A DNA stretch of 64,000 nt from NCBI GenBank assembly GCA_019058315.1, contig JAHPZH010000005.1, positions 192,001 to 256,000 on the forward strand, in the 5' to 3' direction. The notes beneath the pieces are model-generated. The model was not told where the DNA came from. It saw only the letters and a list, made by a program, of their open reading frames with translations, and did not search any database. Positions 29,477 through 38,121 of this stretch are shown here, in pieces; the first letter of the stretch is position 1; the number at the start of each line of letters is the position of its first letter. The translations under genes and the position numbers were made by a program. This DNA is from Candidatus Helarchaeota archaeon. GTDB lineage: Archaea; Asgardarchaeota; Lokiarchaeia; Helarchaeales; RDOG01.

Positions 29477-30619
29477 ATGGTGTTAAAAATAGCTTTTTCT
29501 GTCCCCTCAGAACTTATTCAAATCTATGTTTCACTTGGTTCGATCCCTTTAAATTGGACATTGGCTGTTTTTATTGGAATTATTTCAACCATCTCGATGT
29601 GTATTTCATCTTTAATAAGTTTCTATCAATTATATAAGAATCGATATCGTTTTCTTGTTATCATGACGTTTATGTGGCTTTTAACCGTTGTATGGTGTTT
29701 AAGTCTAACAATGTCATTCCTATTTTTATCGGTTCCATTCTTCATATTAGCAGGCTATTCTCTTGCTTTAATTGGTTTTTTTTTAATTCTTACATATGAT
29801 TTGATTAATGGAGAGTCCATTAACGTAATTAAAATAGTAATTTTAACAATTTTATCAACCTCGGCATTTTTTGTTTCTTTCGATTACAATTCCTTTTATT
29901 TTACCATTTTTCCTAATGGTGACATTGGATTACTTGTGGGAGGAAATATGAGATTAATATTAACTTTATTAACAGCTGTGATAGGTATATTCAGTGCTTA
30001 TTATACACTAAAAATTTATTTAAATGCACCTAAAAAGTTGAAATTTTACTCTCGCCTTATTTTAATAGGTGGAATACTTTTTGGAGTTGTAGCACCCATT
30101 TCTATAGTATTGGGTTTTCATTTAATATTTCCTATGTCCCACCTGCTAATTTTTACAATTGGAACTTCACTTTTTTCAATCTCATTTGCTTTACAACCTC
30201 AATTAGCATTTATTTTGCCATTTAAAGTATTGCGATTAACGGTCATTCACACAAAAACGGGAATTTCACTTTTTTCCAATATTTGGAGTTTAGAGGATGA
30301 CATAATTGATGATAGTCTTTTTTCGGGAATGTTAAATGGTATTAGTTTGTTTTTAAATGAAGCATTAAAAAAAGGTAATCTTCGTGAAATAAATCTAGAA
30401 AATGCAATACTTCTAACAAAAAGAAGTGAAAAAAATCCAGTTGCATGCGTGCTTGTTGCAACTAACTCAACCCATTCACTGAGAACCGCCCTTAATTCTT
30501 TTGCAAACGAATTTTTTAAAAAATACTCGGAATATTTTGATGATGTAATAGATTTAGAAAATTTTAAATCTGCAAATGAATTGGTTGAAAATAAATTCTC
30601 TTTCATTCCTGAATATTAA
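29477..30619 (+). CDS. 7-TM membrane protein with C-terminal longin/roadblock-like domain
   Basis: Paralog of 19150: NAPK.LK, PQLAFILPFKVLRL, LFSGML.GIS, C-terminal FIPEY. Confidence 0.8.
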   Translation: MVLKIAFSVPSELIQIYVSLGSIPLNWTLAVFIGIISTISMCISSLISFYQLYKNRYRFLVIMTFMWLLTVVWCLSLTMSFLFLSVPFFILAGYSLALIGFFLILTYDLINGESINVIKIVILTILSTSAFFVSFDYNSFYFTIFPNGDIGLLVGGNMRLILTLLTAVIGIFSAYYTLKIYLNAPKKLKFYSRLILIGGILFGVVAPISIVLGFHLIFPMSHLLIFTIGTSLFSISFALQPQLAFILPFKVLRLTVIHTKTGISLFSNIWSLEDDIIDDSLFSGMLNGISLFLNEALKKGNLREINLENAILLTKRSEKNPVACVLVATNSTHSLRTALNSFANEFFKKYSEYFDDVIDLENFKSANELVENKFSFIPEY

Positions 30620-30813
30620 TTAATAATTTATCCTTATTTTGATAAAAATTTGTTTGATAGCTCTTTCATTTTAAAAATTCAAAATCTATATAATTTTTTC
30701 TATCAATCCTTTTGTGTTTCTTATTAAAACTCATTTTATTGAAATAATTTTTTTAAGAGTATTAATCAGATTTTATTTACCAATAAAAGAAGATATTTTT
30801 AAATGGTGATTAA

Positions 30814-31408
30814 ATGGCAAAAGGAACAGTTATAGGTATTATTATAGCATTAATAGCAGGTGCGACTATAGGAGTTTATGTCTCAAACACATATCTAAGT
30901 CAAGCTAAAACAACATATTTTCCTTTGGATATTTTTTCCAAATGAAGAAGGACGAATTGTAAATCAAAATTTTACCACTCTTCGAACTCTAGCAGTTATA
31001 GACGATACCGATAAAAATTATGAGGACATGCCAGATACATCAGTTTCAATTACGACTTCTGGTTCATCATATCTATATATAAGTTTCACTGCACATTCTA
31101 TACTTCATATTGCAAACGGTTATAGTGGAATTGTACAATTTAATATCACTCTTGTATTGAATGATGTTAATTATTTAATTACAGCAGGAGTAGAGTATTA
31201 CAGAGGCAGTTCTGAAACTTATATACTTGAATTTTCAGATTCTATTGCTATGGAATATGTTACTGACACTTTGGCAGCAGGTACGTATACTATCAAGGTA
31301 ATTTGGGCCTCGAAGTATGATTTAGGTTCTGGAATTAATCAATTAATTGTATGTAGTCCAAATGGCAATTATTCTCGCACCTTATTAGTCCAAGAGATTC
31401 ATACCTAA
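30814..31408 (+). pseudogene. Membrane-anchored/secreted beta-rich protein split by +1 frameshift in T6 tract
   Basis: GGTGA RBS + ATG 30814 encodes MAKGTVIGIIIALIAGATIGVYV... ending at TGA 30943-30945; removing one T from 30932-30937 joins it in frame to ORF 31028..31408. Confidence 0.7.
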
Positions 31409-31652
31409 TTTTTTATTTTTTATTAAATTACCCTACAAACTTTTTTTTTACTGATCAAATAATAGATCATTCTAACCATTAGATACTATTTTTTACTAGG
31501 GAAGTCATTAATTAAAAAGCAATTTAATGTTTCTCATAATTAAACTAAGTTAAAAAAAAAATCTGTTCTTTTCATATTATCAATTGATTTATATATTACC
31601 ATTGATATTACAAAAAGGATTTCTATCGTTTATATAAAAGGAACGAACTAAA

Positions 31653-32435
31653 ATGATATCTTTATATGGATTTGAATATTCATGGCATAGATTTTTAGGT
31701 ATTTCTGCTTTGAGTGATCCACTGGAGATGATAGGTCTATTAATAGTATTCGCGATTTTAGCCATAGTAATATTTATAACTAGACAAGTATATAAAATGT
31801 ACAAACAGCTTAGAGATACTCCTACATTATCATGGTTTATACACTATATTACTCTATTATTCGCTAATATCTCTTTAATTATGGAAAAACTTAGTTTTTC
31901 GAGCTTAGGTTTGCTGTATTTCGGATATCTTATGGCGATAATTGCATTTATATTAACCAGTATCGCAATTATTGCTATTAATTACTTTGCGTTTTATATG
32001 ACTTCCCTTGAACATACAAGAGTTTTGACGGCATTTGTGTCAGTTTTAGCAGCTATTTTCAATATAGTTTTGATTTTAGCTATTTTATCTGGACCGTCTT
32101 ATGCCGATGTTATTGGTTATGAGATAGTATTCGATCTATCAACAAGTCTAATTGTTTATCCAGTATTATCAGTAATTCTTTTAATACCACCGATATTCTT
32201 CTTTTACTATTATTTTAAAATGCGTAATGAGAACAGACCCAAAGCAAATCTAACTTTTTGGTTGGGAGTTGGATTATCATGCTTTTTTGTTGCCCTTATT
32301 ACTGAAGTAGCACCTTTTTTCCCAACAGTTTTGTCAACACCCTTACGTATTTTCTTCATTCTCGCAGCTCTTACAATGTATATATGCTTTTCAAAGCCTG
32401 ACTGGTTTAAAAAGAGAATTGGTTTAACAGAGTAG
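31653..32435 (+). CDS. 7-TM membrane protein without cytoplasmic output domain
   Basis: About seven TM helices; ends FSKPDWFKKRIG. Confidence 0.7.
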   Translation: MISLYGFEYSWHRFLGISALSDPLEMIGLLIVFAILAIVIFITRQVYKMYKQLRDTPTLSWFIHYITLLFANISLIMEKLSFSSLGLLYFGYLMAIIAFILTSIAIIAINYFAFYMTSLEHTRVLTAFVSVLAAIFNIVLILAILSGPSYADVIGYEIVFDLSTSLIVYPVLSVILLIPPIFFFYYYFKMRNENRPKANLTFWLGVGLSCFFVALITEVAPFFPTVLSTPLRIFFILAALTMYICFSKPDWFKKRIGLTE

Positions 32436-32651
32436 AAATAATGATCCAAAAGACTTGATTCAAAGCTAAATTTACCCCTTTTTTTTATAAATATAAAACG
32501 AAGAATTTTTCAACTCATAAGAATTTTAAATTAATATAAAATATTTCATAATTAAAGTATGGATCTTTGAAGTTAATAACGAAATAATAATACTGGATAA
32601 TAGAGGTAGTTTTTTAATCAAAGGAATTCATAAGTTTTTTTGATTTCTCCA

Positions 32652-33344
32652 TTATTTGTTGTTAATTATAATTTCATTTATTTCAGAGAGTTCAAAATCT
32701 GCGTATTTTCTTCTGGAATTTAGTTTTTCTGGCCATATTTTTTCAATTATATATGTAATAAGAACAGTGTTCATACCTATTTCCTTCGCACCCTGTAGTT
32801 CATCACTGCCACCATCACCTATGAACAAGCATTCTTCTGGATTAACTTTAAGATCCTCAAGAGATTTTTCATAAATTTCTCTCTCTGGTTTTATGTAACC
32901 TACGTTACAAGAAAAAATTACACTGTTAAAGTATTTATATAAAGGCGACTCATCCCAACCAGCTATTTCATGCACATCACCATTACTGATAAGACCTATT
33001 AATTTGCCCATATCTCTAAGCTTAGCCAAAGTATCAAGGACGCTCGGATCTATGTGCTGCAAAGAATATTTGAATCTAGCCATACGAGTATCAGTGGCTT
33101 CTTTGATAATATCTTCAGGAATATCGGGATTTATTGCATGAGCCATTTTTTTTATAATTTTATATGGATTTTTTATTATACCTCGAAGCCTATCTTGTGA
33201 ATACTTGAGTAATTGATCATTCCAATCTTTTCTAGTAACTCCCAATATGGCACTTGTTCCTTTACCAGGTGCACGTGCAGATTCCACTGAAGTCAATGTA
33301 TGAAATAAATCAAAAATAACCGCTTTGTATTTACTCAAGTTCAT
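32652..33344 (-). CDS. HAD-superfamily hydrolase
   Basis: IFDLFHTL, LISN, KP...IY, FIGDGGSDELQGA. Confidence 0.9.
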   Translation of the reverse strand: MNLSKYKAVIFDLFHTLTSVESARAPGKGTSAILGVTRKDWNDQLLKYSQDRLRGIIKNPYKIIKKMAHAINPDIPEDIIKEATDTRMARFKYSLQHIDPSVLDTLAKLRDMGKLIGLISNGDVHEIAGWDESPLYKYFNSVIFSCNVGYIKPEREIYEKSLEDLKVNPEECLFIGDGGSDELQGAKEIGMNTVLITYIIEKIWPEKLNSRRKYADFELSEINEIIINNK

Positions 33345-33510
33345 TTATAATCAATTTATTTTGTAAATCCATTCAATCTTTTTTATATTAAAATAAAAAT
33401 TTTAAATATTATGTATGTATTTGATAATTAAATCAAATTTTAGATGGGAAATAAAAAGAAGATTAAAAGAATTATTAAAAAATCTTTTAATTTTTATTTT
33501 AATAGATTTC

Positions 33511-34185
33511 TTATTTTTTAGACACTTTTACAGGTTTCTCAAGAGGTTTTTCAAGCAATTCAAGAGCTTTTTTTACTGCTAATGGAGCTGTTAGAGCCCA
33601 TCCGTCCGCACCCATTTTCAAGGCAATTTTTTCAGTTACTGGTCCCCCACCAGCTATGATTCTCACATTAAGACCTTTATCTTTAGCTAGAGTAGAAATT
33701 TTTTTTATTTCTGGAAATAATGATGTAAGCATTGTAGAAATTAGAATTAGATCAGCGTTTGTTTTTTCTGCCTCGTCTATAAATTTTTCAGCTTTTACAT
33801 CGAAACCAAGATCGTGGATTTCAATGCCTTCAGCTTCCATTAGATATTTTACCATATTTTTTCCAAGATCATGGATATCACCTTCCACTACACCAAGAAC
33901 TGCAATGCCTTTTCTCATTTCACTAGCTTTATCTGCACTAATTTTTGAGCGTAAAACTTTAACTCCTTCGTAAAAAGCATCCGAGGCAATTAACATTTCA
34001 GTAGGAAAAACAGTTTTTTCATATTCATTACATACTTCACTCAAACCTAAATAAAGTCCTTTTTTGATAGCTTCGGAAGGGTCTATTTTAGCATCTAATG
34101 CTTCTTTAGCTGCTGCTTTTGCTGTATCACTATCCATATTTATAACGCTTTCTTTAAGTTTTTTCAATATATCTTCTTTTGTCAT
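33511..34185 (-). CDS. Corrinoid protein, MtaC/MttC family
   Basis: EGDIHDLGKNMV, HDLGFDV, ISTML, IAGGGPV. Confidence 0.95.
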   Translation of the reverse strand: MTKEDILKKLKESVINMDSDTAKAAAKEALDAKIDPSEAIKKGLYLGLSEVCNEYEKTVFPTEMLIASDAFYEGVKVLRSKISADKASEMRKGIAVLGVVEGDIHDLGKNMVKYLMEAEGIEIHDLGFDVKAEKFIDEAEKTNADLILISTMLTSLFPEIKKISTLAKDKGLNVRIIAGGGPVTEKIALKMGADGWALTAPLAVKKALELLEKPLEKPVKVSKK

Positions 34186-35292
34186 TTACGCATTCGCTCC
34201 TTTACCTCTTTGAAAATTAGCTCCGAAAGTCCTAGCTGCCTTGACCATTGGTATCACATTGGTTAGAGGGGCGTATGGGGGGTATTCACATGATGCTCCA
34301 AGAAAATAACCTGTCGGAGATTTGCCAAATACCTCAAGCTGCCTTTTACATTCCTCGAAAACTTCACTAGGACTTGACCAAGCAAGCATCTGAACGCTTA
34401 AAAAGCCCAAAAAGATTAGTTTTTTTCCGTATTTTTGTACCATTTCTTCTTCGGTTTTACAGTCATCTGGTAGAAAGGCGTTTTGTATAAGTGTGGGGCG
34501 TAACCATTTAATTAGAACGTCGAAGTATGGTCCACGACCACAAGTATGGACGCAATAATTTACTCCTTTACTTTTCACAAGGTCTGCTATTCTTTTTTGG
34601 TAGGGAGCATCTAATTCTTCCCACATTTTTTTACTCATTAATTCTCTTTCAGCTAGAACAACCGGCACCATAATTGTTCGGGCTCCAGCTTCAATCTCTT
34701 TCTCTACAAATTCTAATTGAATTTCTGTAACTTGATCAAGAGCTTCATGAAGCAAATCTGGATGGTAAATGAAATCACGAACAAGGTCATTTGGATTGCG
34801 AATCCTTGATAAAAGACCCATCGGACCTATGGTAGCTCCACCAACCATTAGACCTTCCAATCTCTCATTTAAGGTCTTAATTATATGAATTTGGTTATTC
34901 ATTCTAGTTGCATTTTTCCAACTAAATAATTTACCAACTTTTTTATAATCTTCATGAGAATTAAGAATCCATTTATAAGGATCTGGATATGCAGCGTTGT
35001 TCTTAGGATAGATAATATTTGCACCAAATGCTTGAGCTTCAACACATAAATCAGCAATTGACGTCACGGCGTCATATCCAAAAGTACGTTGTGATTCCAT
35101 TTGACATCTCATAAAAACCTCAGGATTCTTACTATATTCCGCGTAATTAACATGGAGTACTTGGGCGGCGGCGGCTGTGACAAATGGAAAGACAGGTATT
35201 CTATCTACTTTTTTACCCAAGATCATTCCGGTAATTCTCTCTTTTGGGGTCATATATTCTTCGCATTCTTTTAATTTTTGCATAATTTTCAA
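34186..35292 (-). CDS. MtaA/CmuA family methylcobamide methyltransferase (UroD fold)
   Basis: MTPKER, VDRIPV, DLCVEAQAFG, HTCG and GASCE zinc ligands; abuts corrinoid gene. Confidence 0.92.
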   Translation of the reverse strand: MKIMQKLKECEEYMTPKERITGMILGKKVDRIPVFPFVTAAAAQVLHVNYAEYSKNPEVFMRCQMESQRTFGYDAVTSIADLCVEAQAFGANIIYPKNNAAYPDPYKWILNSHEDYKKVGKLFSWKNATRMNNQIHIIKTLNERLEGLMVGGATIGPMGLLSRIRNPNDLVRDFIYHPDLLHEALDQVTEIQLEFVEKEIEAGARTIMVPVVLAERELMSKKMWEELDAPYQKRIADLVKSKGVNYCVHTCGRGPYFDVLIKWLRPTLIQNAFLPDDCKTEEEMVQKYGKKLIFLGFLSVQMLAWSSPSEVFEECKRQLEVFGKSPTGYFLGASCEYPPYAPLTNVIPMVKAARTFGANFQRGKGANA

Positions 35293-35326
35293 CTTTTTAA
35301 ATTAATTAATTCAATATTAAACTAAC

Positions 35327-35372
35327 AATATCTAATTCTTATTAATAAGCTATGTGTAATGAATTAGATATT
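35327..35372. promoter_or_regulatory. 12-bp inverted repeat in divergent promoter
   Basis: AATATCTAATTC 35327-35338 / GAATTAGATATT 35361-35372, with inner palindrome CTTATTAATAAG 35338-35349. Confidence 0.45.
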
Positions 35373-35413
35373 CTTAACTTATTAAATCATTAAATCAAAA
35401 TGGTGACAAAATA

Positions 35414-36196
35414 ATGAGTTATCAAGACATTATATTCGAAAAAAAAGGAAGTATTGCCCGTATTACTATCAATCGACCTGAACGTTATAATGCATGCACA
35501 CAACAGACAGTCCATGAATTGATAGATGCTTTTAACCGCTGTATGGATGAGGAAATCGGTGTAGTAGTCTTCACAGGAGCTGGGGAGAAAGCTTTCTGTA
35601 CAGGAGGTGATCAAACAACCCGTGAAAAAGGGGGTTATAAAGGAAAATACATGTTACCATTAGAAGTAGGTTGGCAGACTGTAACTTATCAAATTCGGAC
35701 CTTACCCAAACCTGTCATCGCACGTGTAAATGGTTACGCGATAGGTGGTGGACATGTATGGCATGTCAACTGTGATCTAAGTATAGCAGCAGAGAGTGCA
35801 CAACTAGGGCAAGCAGGACCTCGTGTGGGATCTTTCGACCCAGGATATGGCACTGGAGACTTGATGCGTGCCGTGGGTATAAAACGTGCAAAAGAAATAT
35901 GGTTTCTTTGTCGTAGATATACTGCCCAACAAGCCTTACAAATGGGTTTAGTAAATGCAGTTGTACCTATGGAGAAATTAGATGAAGAAGTAGAAAAATG
36001 GTGTCAAGAAATATTAGAAAAAAGCCCAACAGCTTTAAAAATGTTAAAATATGCATTCTTGGCCGAAACGGACGGTTCGACTGGAGCTACATTTCTGGGC
36101 GTTGGTGGTCTTTCTCTTTACTATGGTACCGATGAGGCGGTAGAAGGAAAAAATGCGTTTGTAGAAAAACGTAAACCAGAATTCCGAAAAAAATAA
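35414..36196 (+). CDS. menB: Crotonase-family MenB/BadI-like enzyme (1,4-dihydroxy-2-naphthoyl-CoA synthase or 2-ketocyclohexanecarboxyl-CoA hydrolase)
   Basis: AFCTGGDQ, GYAIGGGHV, GQAGPRVGSFDPGYG, KRAKEIWFLCRRY, LYYGTDEAVEGKNAF. Confidence 0.8.
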   Translation: MSYQDIIFEKKGSIARITINRPERYNACTQQTVHELIDAFNRCMDEEIGVVVFTGAGEKAFCTGGDQTTREKGGYKGKYMLPLEVGWQTVTYQIRTLPKPVIARVNGYAIGGGHVWHVNCDLSIAAESAQLGQAGPRVGSFDPGYGTGDLMRAVGIKRAKEIWFLCRRYTAQQALQMGLVNAVVPMEKLDEEVEKWCQEILEKSPTALKMLKYAFLAETDGSTGATFLGVGGLSLYYGTDEAVEGKNAFVEKRKPEFRKK

Positions 36197-36498
36197 CCTA
36201 ATCTTTTCTTTTTATTTACCTTAATACAATAACATAAGATAATGGTTTATTATCTTTATTTAATTTTAAAATACAAATGTATGTAATAAAGACTATAGGA
36301 ATAGTTATAACGAAATAAAGTAGATTTACTAAGTGGAATTCCATTTTTTTCAGTCCTTTTTCAATTAATCCTTTCCTAATATTTACCATAATGACGTTAA
36401 TTTTTCAATTAAAAAGTTTTTGTTAAGTCTATTAAGTTAATAAATTTTATCATTAAAAATCACCATACAATGAATTAACTTCAAAAATAGGTGTTTAT

Positions 36499-36630
36499 GT
36501 GAAAAGAAGAAAAACAGACGAGGATTTTGAAATAAGATTATTACAAGATAAGATTTTCGAAATATTGGCTGAATATTTCGAACATTTTTTTTCTAATTTT
36601 AGGTTAGAGAACATTTTTGATAATAATTAA
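36499..36630 (+). CDS. Small hypothetical ORF (43 aa), not in ORF track
   Basis: AGGTG RBS then GTG; MKRRKTDEDFEIRLLQDKIFEILAEYFEHFFSNFRLENIFDNN. Confidence 0.4.
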   Translation: MKRRKTDEDFEIRLLQDKIFEILAEYFEHFFSNFRLENIFDNN

Positions 36631-36660
36631 GTTAAAAAAATAAAATTAGGAGGTCTAGTT

Positions 36661-37074
36661 ATGTGTAAAAAGAATAAGAGGAGTAAAACAAAGAAAAAAT
36701 TAAAGGCTAAAAAATATGCACAAAAAAGAAAATTGTATAGTAAGGATACTATCAAGAAATTAAATAAAATTGAGTATTGTCAAAATAAGATTAATAAAAA
36801 CAAAAAATGTGAAAAATATATTCCTTTAGACTCACCTGAAAGACAAAAACATCATATTATACCCTTATCTCGGGGAGGGACAAATAACATGAGAAATATA
36901 CTTGTTTGTTGCATCGATTGCCATTATTCAATTCATAAGGAGGAATTTGAGGCAAGGGGATTGACATTAGAAAAGTTCAGAGAAAACATTTATCAGAAAT
37001 TCTATGAAAACAAGCGAAATAGTTTAACTGAAAGAACTTTTTGTAGCCAAACACAATATCAATATAATTTTTAA
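36661..37074 (+). CDS. HNH endonuclease
   Basis: HHIIPLSRGGTNNMRNILVCCIDCHYSIH; AGGAGG RBS. Confidence 0.9.
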   Translation: MCKKNKRSKTKKKLKAKKYAQKRKLYSKDTIKKLNKIEYCQNKINKNKKCEKYIPLDSPERQKHHIIPLSRGGTNNMRNILVCCIDCHYSIHKEEFEARGLTLEKFRENIYQKFYENKRNSLTERTFCSQTQYQYNF

Positions 37075-37084
37075 GGGGCTTCAG

Positions 37085-37243
37085 GTGGATAAAAAAGATT
37101 GTCCAGTCCGAAGTCTATGTTATTGGAACTTTAATGATATGTGTAAAAGATTGGGGATAGAAAAACACTGTTTACCTACTTTTTCTAAATTTGCATTATC
37201 AATTGAATGTATAAAATTGTTAGAAAATCACATTAAAAGATAA
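37085..37243 (+). CDS. Small Cys-rich hypothetical ORF (52 aa), not in ORF track
   Basis: GTG start; MDKKDCPVRSLCYWNFNDMCKRLGIEKHCLPTFSKFALSIECIKLLENHIKR. Confidence 0.4.
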   Translation: MDKKDCPVRSLCYWNFNDMCKRLGIEKHCLPTFSKFALSIECIKLLENHIKR

Positions 37244-37289
37244 ATTTTTATTAATTTTTTTAATTTAATATATTTATATAATTAATTTA

Positions 37290-38099
37290 TTGTCACATCT
37301 TTTAATGGTGATTTTTATTTCTACAATATTAGGGGCAAATAGGATCCACATAGCATTTCAAGGATTCGAAGTTGATAGGATTGCGAAGCCAATTATAAAA
37401 TTTAAGGGAGATAAAGCATATATTTTTATTTTTAGGGATGAGAAAACCGAACAGTTCATGAAACAACATAATTTAATTAAGCAAGAGCTAGAAAAAATTA
37501 ATATAGAGACTATTTCTATTAATGCAGAAATTCATGACTATAATAATGTGATTCAAAAGATTTCAAAGATAATAAAGGAGGAGCGAGAAAAAAATGCGTC
37601 ATGTGAAATTTTTATAAATATTTCAGTGGGCACAAAGATTACAGCGGTTGCTGGAATGGACGCTTGCCGGATTTGGAATTGTACTCCTTATTATGTTCTT
37701 CCCGAATATTATATACCTGAAGATGATGGTAAAAAACAAAGTTTGAGTAAAGGTATAAAGGATATTTTTTCACCTCCTCAATTTGAAATTGTAAAACCGG
37801 AGGCACATTTGATTCAAGCTCTCAAAATCCTGGCGTCTAGCAAGAAAGATTGGATGTATAAAAAGGATTTTAAAAAAAAGCTGCAGGAGAAAAAATTACT
37901 AAAGATTATAAAGACATATAACGATCCTCGAGACCCTAAGAAAAAATCTGCGGAATATATGGCATTAAATCAGCAATACATAATACCTTTAAGGGATAGA
38001 TGGAAATATATTGACGAATCAAGTGATAAAAGAAATAAAAAAATAACAATCACAAAAATGGGTTATGAGATTTTAGAGATTTTTAAATATTTAGATTAA
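37290..38099 (+). CDS. DUF6293/HFX_2341-like CARF-fold + winged-helix transcriptional regulator
   Basis: RIHIAFQGFEVDRI, IFINISVGTK, C-terminal wHTH-like ending KITITKMG. Confidence 0.75.
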   Translation: MSHLLMVIFISTILGANRIHIAFQGFEVDRIAKPIIKFKGDKAYIFIFRDEKTEQFMKQHNLIKQELEKINIETISINAEIHDYNNVIQKISKIIKEEREKNASCEIFINISVGTKITAVAGMDACRIWNCTPYYVLPEYYIPEDDGKKQSLSKGIKDIFSPPQFEIVKPEAHLIQALKILASSKKDWMYKKDFKKKLQEKKLLKIIKTYNDPRDPKKKSAEYMALNQQYIIPLRDRWKYIDESSDKRNKKITITKMGYEILEIFKYLD

Positions 38100-38121
38100 A
38101 AAAATAGGGTTTATTGGTTTA

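Noticed and set aside
30943-30945. TGA as possible selenocysteine codon
   Set aside because: The downstream coding region is in a different frame, so a frameshift rather than readthrough explains it; no SECIS-like element identified
36661-37074. IscB/Cas9-like RNA-guided nuclease
   Set aside because: Only 137 aa, no RuvC or PLMP motifs and no repeat array
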